Part shown: in pieces, positions 31,949-41,451 of the stretch
How the letters are laid out: every line of letters starts with the position of its first letter
How positions within the stretch are numbered: position 1 is the first letter of the stretch
Assembly: GCA_020845935.1 (NCBI GenBank)
Contig: JADLEV010000072.1
Location: 3,336-67,335, forward strand
Length of the DNA stretch: 64,000 nt
Origin: Gammaproteobacteria bacterium
GTDB lineage: Bacteria; Pseudomonadota; Gammaproteobacteria; Ga0077536
Reading direction: 5' to 3'
Made by a program: the position numbers and the translations under genes
Notes under the pieces: generated by a model
Database searches by the model: none
What the model saw: only the letters and a program-made list of their open reading frames with translations
Told to the model about the DNA's origin: nothing

Positions 31949-33472
31949 ATGCCACAAATCATCAATACCAACGTCAGTTCGTTGAACGCACAGCGCCATC
32001 TGAATACCTCGCAGTCGGCGATGAAGACCTCACTGGAGCGCCTGTCATCCGGCCTGCGCATCAACTCGGCGAAGGATGACGCCGCCGGCCTGGCGATTTC
32101 GAATCGCATGACCGCGCAGATCCGCGGCATGAACCAGGCGATACGGAATGCCAACGACGGCATTTCGCTCGGCCAGACCGGTGACTCGGCGCTCGGCGAA
32201 GTGACCAATGCACTGCAGCGGATGCGTGAGCTTTCGGTTCAATCGCGCAATGCCACCAACAGCACATCGGATCGTGAATCGCTGGACGCGGAGTTCCAGC
32301 AACTCGCCGCGGAAATCGACCGCATCGCGACCACGACTGCGTTCAATGGCCGCAAGATCCTGGACGGCAGCTTCGGCTCGGCGGCCTTCCAGGTGGGTGC
32401 CAATGTCGGCGAGACGATCTCGGTCGATGTTTCGACCAGCATGCGGACCAATTCCATCGGCATGTACGCGTCCCGCACGCTCACGATGGCAGACTCCTTG
32501 AACGCCACCACCACCGACTCACTGACGATGGATGCGGATGGTGACCTGTCCATCAACGGCACCAACGTTGGTGCCGCCGTTGCGGGTACCTATGGTCGCG
32601 GCCAGAACAGCGCCTATGCGGTCGCCAACGCAATCAACTTGGGCACGGATACCCACGGCGTCACGGCAGTGGCCAATTCCCTGAGCAAGACCTTCACCGC
32701 GGCGTCGTTGTCGAACTTCGGCTTCACCGATGCCACGACTGCTGACACGCTGACCTACACACTGACGATCAACGATCAGCAGATTTTCGTGCAAGGCGAA
32801 GCAGATGCCGTCAAGACCGCCAGCGACCTAGCGTCGCTGATCAACGGTTTCAACGAGACGACAGGCGTTACGGCTGCCGCGCAGAGCAATGGCGACCTGG
32901 TGCTCACCGCCGCCGATGGCCGCAATATCGAAATCAAGGAAGTCCTGGCCGGGGCATCCGACGCCGCCAGTGACACGCTGACATCCTACTTTGGCAACTC
33001 GCTGACTGGTGCGGCCGCCACCCAAATCGACTACTACAAGTCGACCGTCTCCCTGTCGAGCAGCAGTTCGATGACGCTTGATCTGGCCTCCGGCGCTGCG
33101 GATTTCCTGTCCGATACGGATCTCGATCCGGCGGACAGCGCCGCCACGGTGGAAGCGTCCGGTCTCGTCTCGCGCAACATCCTGACAACGGACGCAGCCG
33201 ATCTCGCCATTAGCTCCATTGATCAGGCGATCAAGGACGTCGACAGTTTCCGCGGAACCTTTGGCGCCATTCAGACCCGGTTCGAATCGACCATTTCCAG
33301 CCTCCAGGCCTCGGCGGAAAACCTGAGTGCAGCACGCAGCCGTATCAGGGACACGGACTTTGCTGCCGAATCAGCAGAACTGCTGCGCACGCAGATTCTG
33401 CAGCAGGCGGGCACGGCCATGCTTTCCCAGGCCAACGCGCTGCCGCAGAACGTGCTGTCATTGCTCCAGTAA
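31949..33472 (+). CDS. fliC: flagellin
   Basis: MPQIINTNVSSLNAQRHLNTSQSAMKTSLERLSSGLRINSAKDDAAGLAISNRM... and a C-terminal ...LLRTQILQQAGTAMLSQANALPQNVLSLLQ. The central region has two Flagellin_IN-like motifs. The track start at 31691 is over-extended. Confidence 0.95.
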   Translation: MPQIINTNVSSLNAQRHLNTSQSAMKTSLERLSSGLRINSAKDDAAGLAISNRMTAQIRGMNQAIRNANDGISLGQTGDSALGEVTNALQRMRELSVQSRNATNSTSDRESLDAEFQQLAAEIDRIATTTAFNGRKILDGSFGSAAFQVGANVGETISVDVSTSMRTNSIGMYASRTLTMADSLNATTTDSLTMDADGDLSINGTNVGAAVAGTYGRGQNSAYAVANAINLGTDTHGVTAVANSLSKTFTAASLSNFGFTDATTADTLTYTLTINDQQIFVQGEADAVKTASDLASLINGFNETTGVTAAAQSNGDLVLTAADGRNIEIKEVLAGASDAASDTLTSYFGNSLTGAAATQIDYYKSTVSLSSSSSMTLDLASGAADFLSDTDLDPADSAATVEASGLVSRNILTTDAADLAISSIDQAIKDVDSFRGTFGAIQTRFESTISSLQASAENLSAARSRIRDTDFAAESAELLRTQILQQAGTAMLSQANALPQNVLSLLQ

Positions 33473-33496
33473 CGGGGTCATCCGTATGAGCCCGCT

Positions 33497-33530
33497 GCCC
33501 CGGGGACTCAAGGTACTGAGTCCCCGGGGC
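33497..33530 (+). terminator. 13-bp GC stem-loop after fliC (partial terminator, no T-run)
   Basis: GCCCCGGGGACTC-AAGGTACT-GAGTCCCCGGGGC read directly, 25 nt after the fliC stop. Confidence 0.5.
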
Positions 33531-33555
33531 GCTAACATTCGGGAGTAGAACGATC

Positions 33556-33948
33556 ATGCTAGTTCCAGACGCTGAACACGGCACTTCGCCAACCATTCGG
33601 CATGCCTATGGCCTGCGCAGCGACACGGTTGCATTGGAGCGCACACCCCAGCCCGGCCAACAGATCCCTACGGTTCCCCGCGCCACGCCGCCGGGGCGGA
33701 GCAAAGAGGTGATCAACGCCTTGAGCGAAACGGCCGACAAACTCAATCGCATCGCTCACAGTGTACAGCGGAACCTGTCCTTCACGGTCGATGAACCGAC
33801 CGGACGCACCGTCATCCGCGTCATGGACACGTCGACTGGCGAAACCGTCCGCCAGATCCCGACGGAAGAAGCATTGGCGCTCGCGCAGCACCTCGACTCG
33901 ATTATCGAGGTCGACAGGAACGGCCTGCTCTTCCGGTCGGATGTCTGA
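33556..33948 (+). CDS. flaG: flagellar protein FlaG
   Basis: NLSFTVDEPTGRTVIRVMDTSTGETVRQIPTEEALALAQHL is the FlaG core. A GGGAG RBS is present. Confidence 0.85.
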   Translation: MLVPDAEHGTSPTIRHAYGLRSDTVALERTPQPGQQIPTVPRATPPGRSKEVINALSETADKLNRIAHSVQRNLSFTVDEPTGRTVIRVMDTSTGETVRQIPTEEALALAQHLDSIIEVDRNGLLFRSDV

Positions 33949-33992
33949 ACGGCCCGGACTCAGTCGCCGTCACCCCTCCGACTTGTCGACCA

Positions 33993-36900
33993 TCAGCTGG
34001 AGGCTGCGGACGGCGCCGACTCCTCGTACTGTGGATCGTGCAGATGCCGCGCAAAAAAGTTGCGAAGACGCTGCTGCGCGTCATCGACCACGGTATATAT
34101 CGCGGGCACCACGAACAGACTCATCGCCGTGGACAGGAACAGCCCGCCTATCACCGCGACACCCATCGGTGAGCGGAAACTCGGATCACCCGCCCAACCG
34201 AGCGCGACTGGCGTCATGCCGGCGATCATCGCGATCGAGGTCATCACGATCGGCCGAGCCCGCTTCGAGCAGGCATCGACCAGGGCGTCGAAGCGGGACA
34301 GGCCATGCTCGCGCTGCGCCATGATGGCGTACTCGACCAGCAGGATCGAATTCTTCGAGACGATGCCCATCAGCATCAACATGCCGATCAGAGATGGTAT
34401 CGCCAGGCCATAACCGCTCAGCAACAGCGCCACAATCGCGCCGGCGATCGACGGTGGCAGCGCCGACAGAATCGTGATCGGCTGGATGAACTGGTGGAAT
34501 AGCAGCACCAGTACCGCGTAGATACACAGCACACCAATGCCCATCGCCATCGCGAAGTTGCCGAACAACTGGGTGATGAACTTGGCGTCCCCGGTACGCA
34601 ACCGCGACACCCCATCGGGCAGCATGCTCAATTCCGGCATTGCCTCTATCGCCGCCAGCGTATCGCCGAGCGGCAGACCGTTGAGGTTGGCGTCGATGGT
34701 GATATTGCGGGCGCGTCCAACGCGCGCGATGGCCACTGGTCCCGAGCCGAGCGATACCTCCGCCACGTTCATCAACGGCACGGTACCGGCCCGGCCCGGC
34801 ACGGGCAGCATCCGGATCCGCTCCAGATCGTTGCGCGCGGAATCGTTCAGCCGCACTCGAATCGGGATCTGGCGATTGTCGAGATTGAACTTGGCGAGGC
34901 CGGTTTCGACATCGCCAGTAGTGGCAATGCGCGTCACCATGCTGATCGTTTCGGTCGTGACGCCGAGTTCGGCGGCCCGCTCGGCCAGCGGTCGTACCAC
35001 GATCTCCGGCTTCATCAGCGCCGCGCTGCTGGTCACCGTGCCAATCCCCGGATAGGCGCGGATGGCGCGTTCGGCAGCGGCGGCGGCCTGCGCCAACCGA
35101 TCCGGATCGTCGCCCGCCAGCGTAACGCTCAACCGATCCCCACCGCCGGCACCGCCGAATTGCAGCCTGACGCCGGGAATGTCCCGCAGCAGATCACTCG
35201 CCTTGCGCTCGAAGGCCTGCTGCGCGCCGCGCGTTTCGTCGGGATTGTCCAACTGAATCGTCAGCGAACCCTGCCGCACGCCACTACCGCCGTCGCCGCC
35301 GGAACCAAGTGCCGTATAGATGCTGCGGACCTCCGGCAATGGCACCAGGCGCCGGCGCACCTGCTCGCTGACGGCGAGCGTGGCATCCAAGGTCGAGCCC
35401 GGCGGCAATTCGATGGTCAACCGGGTAAAGCCGTTGTCGCCGGCTGGCGCGAAGCCTTGGGGCAACAGGGTAAAGGCGCCGAGCATCGGCACCAGCAACG
35501 CGGTTGTGATAGCTATCGTGGTCCAGCGGTGCGTCAGACACCAGCGCACCCGGCCAAGATACCAGCGCAAAAACTTTGGTTCGCGCACGGGCTCGTCGTG
35601 CGGCTTCAGCATGAACGCCGCGAGCATCGGTGTCAGCATCCGTGCCACCAGCAACGAGAACAGCACGGCGACCGTCACCGTCACGCCAAACGGCGCGAAG
35701 AATTTGCCGGTCACGCCACTCATGAATGCGACCGGAACGAACACCGCGCAGATGGTGAAGGTCGTCGCCACGACCGCAAGGCCGATTTCGATGGCGGCAT
35801 CCATCGCCGCCTGGCGCGGCCGCTTGCCCTGCCGCAGGTGGCGGACGATGTTCTCGACCTCGACGATGGCATCATCGACCAGAATGCCCACCACCAGCGT
35901 CAGCGCCAGCAACGTCAGGATGTTCAGCGTGAAGCCGAGCGTGTGAATCACCCAGAAGGTCGGGATGATCGACAACGGCAGCGCCAGCGCCGAAACGATC
36001 GTTGCGCGCCAGTCGCGCAGGAACACCCACACCACCAGCACCGCGAGGATCGCGCCCTCGACCAGCATCTCCATCGAAGAATCGAATGAGGTCTGGATGT
36101 AATCGATGGTCGAGCTGACTTCCTCGAACTTGACGTTCGGATGCTGTGCGGCGAGCGCCTCGACCGCCTTGCGCGCATCCTCGGCGACACCCAAAGCACT
36201 CGCTCCCCAGGCACGAATGATTTCGAAGCCGATGACCGGCTTGCCGTCGAGCATCGCGATCTGCCGCCGCTCCGAAGCCTGATCGCGCACGTCGGCTATG
36301 GTGTCGAGGCGAACATTGCGGCCGTCAGCCAGCGGAATCGGCAGCGCCGCGAGCGCCGCCACCGAATCGAGGATACCGGTGGTGCGCACGGTTTGCTCGA
36401 GCCCGCCGACACGGGCTTCGCCACCGGGGAATTCGGCCTGCACCCGACGCAGTTGCCGCGACACGTCGCTCGCGTTGGCACCCAGTGCCGCCATGCGATC
36501 CGGATCCAGGTCCACCCGGATCTCCCGACCGACGCCACCAATCCGGCCGACCCGGCCCATACCCGGTATTGCGGTCAGCTCGCGAGACACGATCAGATCG
36601 ACAAACCACGACAGCTCGGTGTCGGACATGCGATCCGAGGAGACGCTCCAGGTCACCATCGCCCCACCCGCAGTGGTCGCCCGCGAGACGATCGGCTCAT
36701 TCGCATCCTGCGGCAGGTCCGATCGTATCCGTGTCAGGGCATCACGCACATCGTCCATCGCCTGACTGATGTCGGTGCCGAAGCGGAACTCGATGACCGT
36801 GGTCGAGGCGCCTTCATTGACGGTCGATCGCAACTCCTCGATGCCGGCAATCGACATCACCGCGTCCTCGACCTTGCGCGTTACTTCCGATTCAAGCTGC

Positions 36901-37070
36901 GTCGGCGCGACACCGCCATAGATGACGGTAACGATGACCGCCGGAAACTCGACATCAGGCCGATCCTGCACACCGAGCTTCGGAAAGCTGATGAGACCCG
37001 CGAGCGTCAGCGCGGTGAACAGAACGATGACCGGTACCGGATTACGGATCGACCAGGTAACGAAATTCAT
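33993..37070 (-). CDS. RND efflux transporter permease (AcrB/AcrD/AcrF family)
   Basis: 1025 aa, MNFVTWSIRNPVPVIVLFTALTLAGLISFPKLGVQDRPDVEFP...; 12-TM RND architecture. Confidence 0.93.
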   Translation of the reverse strand: MNFVTWSIRNPVPVIVLFTALTLAGLISFPKLGVQDRPDVEFPAVIVTVIYGGVAPTQLESEVTRKVEDAVMSIAGIEELRSTVNEGASTTVIEFRFGTDISQAMDDVRDALTRIRSDLPQDANEPIVSRATTAGGAMVTWSVSSDRMSDTELSWFVDLIVSRELTAIPGMGRVGRIGGVGREIRVDLDPDRMAALGANASDVSRQLRRVQAEFPGGEARVGGLEQTVRTTGILDSVAALAALPIPLADGRNVRLDTIADVRDQASERRQIAMLDGKPVIGFEIIRAWGASALGVAEDARKAVEALAAQHPNVKFEEVSSTIDYIQTSFDSSMEMLVEGAILAVLVVWVFLRDWRATIVSALALPLSIIPTFWVIHTLGFTLNILTLLALTLVVGILVDDAIVEVENIVRHLRQGKRPRQAAMDAAIEIGLAVVATTFTICAVFVPVAFMSGVTGKFFAPFGVTVTVAVLFSLLVARMLTPMLAAFMLKPHDEPVREPKFLRWYLGRVRWCLTHRWTTIAITTALLVPMLGAFTLLPQGFAPAGDNGFTRLTIELPPGSTLDATLAVSEQVRRRLVPLPEVRSIYTALGSGGDGGSGVRQGSLTIQLDNPDETRGAQQAFERKASDLLRDIPGVRLQFGGAGGGDRLSVTLAGDDPDRLAQAAAAAERAIRAYPGIGTVTSSAALMKPEIVVRPLAERAAELGVTTETISMVTRIATTGDVETGLAKFNLDNRQIPIRVRLNDSARNDLERIRMLPVPGRAGTVPLMNVAEVSLGSGPVAIARVGRARNITIDANLNGLPLGDTLAAIEAMPELSMLPDGVSRLRTGDAKFITQLFGNFAMAMGIGVLCIYAVLVLLFHQFIQPITILSALPPSIAGAIVALLLSGYGLAIPSLIGMLMLMGIVSKNSILLVEYAIMAQREHGLSRFDALVDACSKRARPIVMTSIAMIAGMTPVALGWAGDPSFRSPMGVAVIGGLFLSTAMSLFVVPAIYTVVDDAQQRLRNFFARHLHDPQYEESAPSAASS

Positions 37071-38215
37071 GAGCTGCGGCCCTCGACGACATTGACCTTG
37101 TCGCCATCCTTGAGGAAGCCGGCACCACGTTCGACCAGGACCTCGCCCGCCACAACGCCGCCGGTCAGTTCGATGCCGCCGGCCGAGATGGCGCCAACGT
37201 CAACCCGTCGCCGTTCCACGGTGTTATCTGGGCGCAGTACGAACACGTAACTGTAACCGTCGGAATTGATGACGCTCGCGAGCGGCGCCTGCAACGCCTG
37301 CGCCTGGCCGACTTCAATCTCGCCGCGCGCGAACATGCCCGGTCGCACGCGCTCGTCGTGCGGGACATCGACATAGACGAGGCCGGTCCGATTGCTGCTG
37401 GCGATGGTCGGCGCGACGATGCGCACCTTGCCGGCCAATTCAGCACCGGACGCGATGGTGATTCGGACCTGCTGACCGATCCGCACGTCGGCCAGACGCG
37501 CCTCGGGTACTTCGCCACGCCACTCGACCCGATCCTGCCGCAACAGCCGCAACATCTCGGTGCCCACCTGTGCGATCTGCCCAACATTGACGCTGCGGGC
37601 GGTAATGACGCCATCATCAGGTGCCGTGACCCGGGTGTACTGCAACTTCAGGCTCGCACTCTCGTGATCCGATCGGGCCGATTCGAGCCGGGCCTCGGCC
37701 GCCAGTTCCTCGCTGCGCAACCGATCCAGGTCCGCGGCCGACAAGGCCGCCTGTGCGGACAATGCGGTGGCGCGGCGCGATGCCGCGCGGGCATTCAGTA
37801 ATTCCGCCTCACGTTGCTTGATCATGGCCTGGCGGGTGGCGACATCCGCCGCCAGCAGTGCCGTCGACAGCCGAACCAGTTCCTGGCCCGTTCGCACGCG
37901 ATCGCCGACTTCGACCAGAACCTCGGTGACACGATAGCCACCGACTTCCGGCCCGATGATGACCTCCTGCCATGGATAGACCGCGCCGTTGACGGTCACC
38001 GAGCGCGTCAAATCCACCGGTGCCAACCGCAGCGTCGTGACTGTCAGCGAGGCCGCGCGATCGGTCTCCGGTACGGGCGCTGGTTGCGCCGACGATTCGC
38101 CGCCGTGCAGCAAGGCCGAGCCAATCAAGGTCGCCGCGGTGACCCCGGCCACGACGAATTTCAGGTACCGCGGCACGGCGCGGCGTCCGGTAACTGCCAG
38201 CAACGGGTTTGTCAT
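37067..38215 (-). CDS. RND efflux periplasmic adaptor (MFP) subunit
   Basis: 382 aa. Lipoyl/coiled-coil pattern (VTEVLVEVGDRVRTGQELVRL, ...YTRVTAPDDGVITARSVNVGQ). Overlaps the RND gene by 4 nt. Confidence 0.9.
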   Translation of the reverse strand: MTNPLLAVTGRRAVPRYLKFVVAGVTAATLIGSALLHGGESSAQPAPVPETDRAASLTVTTLRLAPVDLTRSVTVNGAVYPWQEVIIGPEVGGYRVTEVLVEVGDRVRTGQELVRLSTALLAADVATRQAMIKQREAELLNARAASRRATALSAQAALSAADLDRLRSEELAAEARLESARSDHESASLKLQYTRVTAPDDGVITARSVNVGQIAQVGTEMLRLLRQDRVEWRGEVPEARLADVRIGQQVRITIASGAELAGKVRIVAPTIASSNRTGLVYVDVPHDERVRPGMFARGEIEVGQAQALQAPLASVINSDGYSYVFVLRPDNTVERRRVDVGAISAGGIELTGGVVAGEVLVERGAGFLKDGDKVNVVEGRSS

Positions 38216-38239
38216 AACTGTTCCAATGTCGAAAGCGTG

Positions 38240-38294
38240 AATTGCCGAATATCAGATAGCTGATATCATATCAGCTATCTGATATTCGGCAATT
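38240..38294. promoter_or_regulatory. 55-bp perfect palindrome: probable MarR operator with mirror-image divergent promoters
   Basis: AATTGCCGAATATCAGATAGCTGATAT-C-ATATCAGCTATCTGATATTCGGCAATT; I verified the arms base by base as exact reverse complements. Each strand reads TTGCCG-N16-TATCAT. Confidence 0.7.
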
Positions 38295-38300
38295 GCAATC

Positions 38301-38789
38301 GTGAGGATGTCGCCGAGTCTGACCATGAAACACCTGGATGATTCAACGGCGGATCCCGCGACCGCGATCGGCTTTCTGCTAAAGGCGTTGCAACACAGCC
38401 TGCGCCAGGCCATGGACGAGGCCTTGCGGCGCCAGGGAATCGATCTGTCGTTCGCTCATTTCGCGACGCTGTTCGGAGTCTGTTGCGAACCCGGCATCAA
38501 TGGTGCCGTGCTGGCGCGCCGCGCCATGGTCTCGGCCCAGACGATGAATGCCATGCTGAGGCGGCTGGAGCGAGACGGGCAGATCGAGCGTCGCCGCAAT
38601 CCGGACAATCGCCGTGCCGACAACTGGTACATCACGGCCGCTGGCAACGAGCGTCTGGAGCAAGCGCGCGTCGTCGGCGACGCCGTGTTCGCGCGGATGC
38701 TGTCTGCCCTTGGCGCCGAGGACTCACGGCGCCTGCTCGGCTACCTGCGCCGTTGCGTGCAGGCCCTCGAACAGGGCGCTGCCGATTGA
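38301..38789 (+). CDS. MarR family transcriptional regulator
   Basis: 162 aa. Winged-HTH region FAHFATLFGVCCEPGINGAVLARRAMVSAQTMNAMLRRLERDGQIERRRNPDNRRADNWYITAAG. The start could be GTG 38301, ATG 38307 or ATG 38325. Confidence 0.88.
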   Translation: MRMSPSLTMKHLDDSTADPATAIGFLLKALQHSLRQAMDEALRRQGIDLSFAHFATLFGVCCEPGINGAVLARRAMVSAQTMNAMLRRLERDGQIERRRNPDNRRADNWYITAAGNERLEQARVVGDAVFARMLSALGAEDSRRLLGYLRRCVQALEQGAAD

Positions 38790-38856
38790 TGCCTTGGCCC
38801 TCCGGGCGTTATAAGGGATTTCGAACTCACCTCGCCTGAAGCGAAGGAGCAATGCC

Positions 38857-39870
38857 ATGCGCGCACTGATCGTCCCCACCGGTTGCTCCGGTATCGACGA
38901 ACTACGAATCGAACAGCGTCCCGAACCGAAACCCGGCCCCCTGCAAGTGCTGCTTCGCGTCCGCGCGGTATCGCTGAATTACCGGGACCAGGCAGTCGTC
39001 ACCGGCAACTATTTCGGTGGCAAGGCGAGTCGCGACATGATCCTGCTGAGCGACGGCGCCGGTGAGGTGCTGGCCGTCGGCGATGGTGTTACCCGTTGGC
39101 GTCCCGGTGACCGGGTCATGCCGATCTTCTCGCAGGTGCCGCCGGCAGGGTCTCCGGGCGCGCCCGCCCTGCCGCTCGGCTCGCCGCTGGATGGCATGGG
39201 GGCCGAGCAGGTGGTGTGCTACGAGGATGGATTGGTTGCCATTCCGGAGCACTTGTCGTTCGAGGAAGCGGCTTGTCTGCCCTGCGCCGCGGTCACGGCC
39301 TGGCATGCGCTGATGTGTGCCGGCCGCCCGGTGATTCCCGGCGATGTCGTGCTCGTGCTCGGCAGCGGCGGGGTTTCGGTGTTTGCCTTGCAACTCGCGC
39401 GTGCGGCTGGCGCCCAGGTGATCGCGACCTCGTCAAGCGATGACAAACTCACCCGGCTCACGGCCCTCGGCGCCGCGGCCGGGATCAATTACCGCACGAC
39501 GCCGGATTGGGATGCCGAAGTCATGCGGCTGACCGGCAACCATGGCGCCGACTGCATCGTCGAGGTCGGCGGTGCCGGGACGCTGGCGCGTTCGTTCCGG
39601 TCGCTCGCGCACGGCGGCAAGATCGGTCTCATCGGCGTGCTGACCGGACCCGCAGGCGACACCAACCCGCATGCGATCATGTTGAAGGGCGGCACGTTGC
39701 ATGGCATCTTCGTCGGCAATCGCGAGATGTTCGAGCGGCTCAATCGTGCGATCAGCGTCAACCGGATCCGACCCGTGATCGACCGAGTTTACGAGTTCGA
39801 TCAGGCCCATGCCGCATTCCGCCAGCATGTATCCGGCAACTTCATCGGCAAAGTGGTGATTCGGCTATGA
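38857..39870 (+). CDS. zinc-type/MDR family NAD(P)-dependent oxidoreductase
   Basis: 337 aa; LLRVRAVSLNYRDQAV..., GDVVLVLGSGGVSVFALQLARAAGAQVIATSSS. Confidence 0.85.
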   Translation: MRALIVPTGCSGIDELRIEQRPEPKPGPLQVLLRVRAVSLNYRDQAVVTGNYFGGKASRDMILLSDGAGEVLAVGDGVTRWRPGDRVMPIFSQVPPAGSPGAPALPLGSPLDGMGAEQVVCYEDGLVAIPEHLSFEEAACLPCAAVTAWHALMCAGRPVIPGDVVLVLGSGGVSVFALQLARAAGAQVIATSSSDDKLTRLTALGAAAGINYRTTPDWDAEVMRLTGNHGADCIVEVGGAGTLARSFRSLAHGGKIGLIGVLTGPAGDTNPHAIMLKGGTLHGIFVGNREMFERLNRAISVNRIRPVIDRVYEFDQAHAAFRQHVSGNFIGKVVIRL

Positions 39871-40391
39871 CCTTATCTGCTTCCCCCGACCTGACCCGCC
39901 GCGCCTTGCTGCGCCGCAGTGGCACCGGCCTGCTGGCGGCCACGGCGCTGCCGGCTGTCGCCGCCGAACCCTGTGTCGTGGTTTATCCGCGGGCGCGCTA
40001 CCAACGTTACCTCACGCTGTTCAATGCCAACGACCCGGGTTATGCCGATTTCTATCACGAGGATGTCGTGCTCGAACTCGGCACCAGCGTCATCCGCGGC
40101 CGGCAGGGGATCCTGGATTTCTACACGAACGTCAAACGGCATATCCGCGAGTCGTTGCAACTGACCGACTACATCGCCGATGCCAATGGCATCGCCGCCG
40201 AAGTACCGACCGAGTTCGTCTGCTTCAACGATTGGCCGGACAGTTTCTGGAACCGGCCACTCAAGCGCGGTGAAGTCCTGCGCCTCGTCAGCTTTGCCTT
40301 CTACCGTGTCATCGATGGCCGCTTCGCGCATATCAAGTCCGCGCGTTACCGGCTGCTCAACGACTGGCGGATGGAAAGTCCGACGGCCTGA
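39867..40391 (+). CDS. Tat-signal NTF2/SnoaL-like protein
   Basis: 174 aa. MTLSASPDLTRRALLRRSGTGLLAATALPAVAA is a twin-arginine signal. The remainder has an NTF2-like pattern. The ATG overlaps the previous stop as ATGA. Confidence 0.65.
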   Translation: MTLSASPDLTRRALLRRSGTGLLAATALPAVAAEPCVVVYPRARYQRYLTLFNANDPGYADFYHEDVVLELGTSVIRGRQGILDFYTNVKRHIRESLQLTDYIADANGIAAEVPTEFVCFNDWPDSFWNRPLKRGEVLRLVSFAFYRVIDGRFAHIKSARYRLLNDWRMESPTA

Positions 40392-40438
40392 TCCTGCCGA
40401 CCACAACCTCAACCAGACGAAACGAGTCCGGAGCGAAC

Positions 40439-40903
40439 ATGGCCCAGCCCGACGTACCGACCCTCGAACTCGAATACGTGTTCTCCATCCGGATCGACTT
40501 CACCACCCGGATTGCCCTGCAAGGGCCCGAACGCACGCGAATGTACGTTCCCGCCGCCGGCGGCGAAATCTGGGGCCCACGCCTGCAGGGCAAGGTGGTC
40601 CCGCACAGCGGTGCTGACTTCGCGGGCACCGGGCTGCTCAATGCCCATTACATGTTGCAGGCGAGCGACGGCACCTGGATCTACATCAACAACATGGGTT
40701 ACCTGTACGCGGTCGATGGCAGCAAGACCGACCGCGACGATCCCTCCTGGGGCGGAGACCGCGAGTTCTACTTCCGTGTCACGCCATATTTCGACGCCCC
40801 GATCGGACCCCATGACTGGCTGACCCATACCGTGATCGTCGGCACCGGCCAGCGCCACGCCAATCCCGATCACACGATATTCACCTACTACGCCCTGAAG
40901 TAG
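40439..40903 (+). CDS. DUF3237 (UPF0311) family protein, copy 1
   Basis: 154 aa; ...YVPAAGGEIWGPRLQGKVVPHSGADF...YFRVTPYFDAPIGPHDWLTHTVIVGTG. Confidence 0.7.
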   Translation: MAQPDVPTLELEYVFSIRIDFTTRIALQGPERTRMYVPAAGGEIWGPRLQGKVVPHSGADFAGTGLLNAHYMLQASDGTWIYINNMGYLYAVDGSKTDRDDPSWGGDREFYFRVTPYFDAPIGPHDWLTHTVIVGTGQRHANPDHTIFTYYALK

Positions 40904-40915
40904 CGGAGACCCTGC

Positions 40916-41380
40916 ATGGCCGACCCGGCAATTCCGCGCATCGAGCTCGAGTACGCGTTCTCGATCCGCATCGTGTTCAAGGAGCGCATCGACTTCGTCG
41001 GCCCGAACGGCGGCCGTGGCTACGTGCCACCGGCATTCGGCGAGGTTTGGGGACCGCGCTTGCAGGGCCGCGTCGTCCCCTACAGTGGCGCCGACTACGC
41101 CCGTTTCACCGACCTGAGCCGCGGCATCAGCGTCAACACGCATTACATGCTCCAGGCGGACGACGGCACCTATATCTACATCCGGAACCTCGGCTATCTC
41201 TATCGCCCACCAGTTCCGGAAGGCGGCACCGCCGGCCCGCCCTACTTCCGCATGTCGCCCTACTTCGATGCACCGACCGGCCCGCACGACTGGCTGACAC
41301 GCACCGTGATCCTCGGCACCGGCCAACGCCGCGCCGACCCGTTCGATCACTCGCTGTTCACCTACTACGCGGTCCGCTGA
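40916..41380 (+). CDS. DUF3237 (UPF0311) family protein, copy 2 (tandem paralogue)
   Basis: 154 aa and colinear with copy 1 (ELEYxFSIRI, WGPRLQGxVVPxSGAD, SPYFDAPxGPHDWLTxTVIxGTGQR). Confidence 0.7.
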   Translation: MADPAIPRIELEYAFSIRIVFKERIDFVGPNGGRGYVPPAFGEVWGPRLQGRVVPYSGADYARFTDLSRGISVNTHYMLQADDGTYIYIRNLGYLYRPPVPEGGTAGPPYFRMSPYFDAPTGPHDWLTRTVILGTGQRRADPFDHSLFTYYAVR

Positions 41381-41451
41381 TGGCGACGTCGATCAAGGCG
41401 CGCTGCCTGGAGGGCAAGCCGGCAACGGCCGGTTAGCTGACGGCTCCGACG

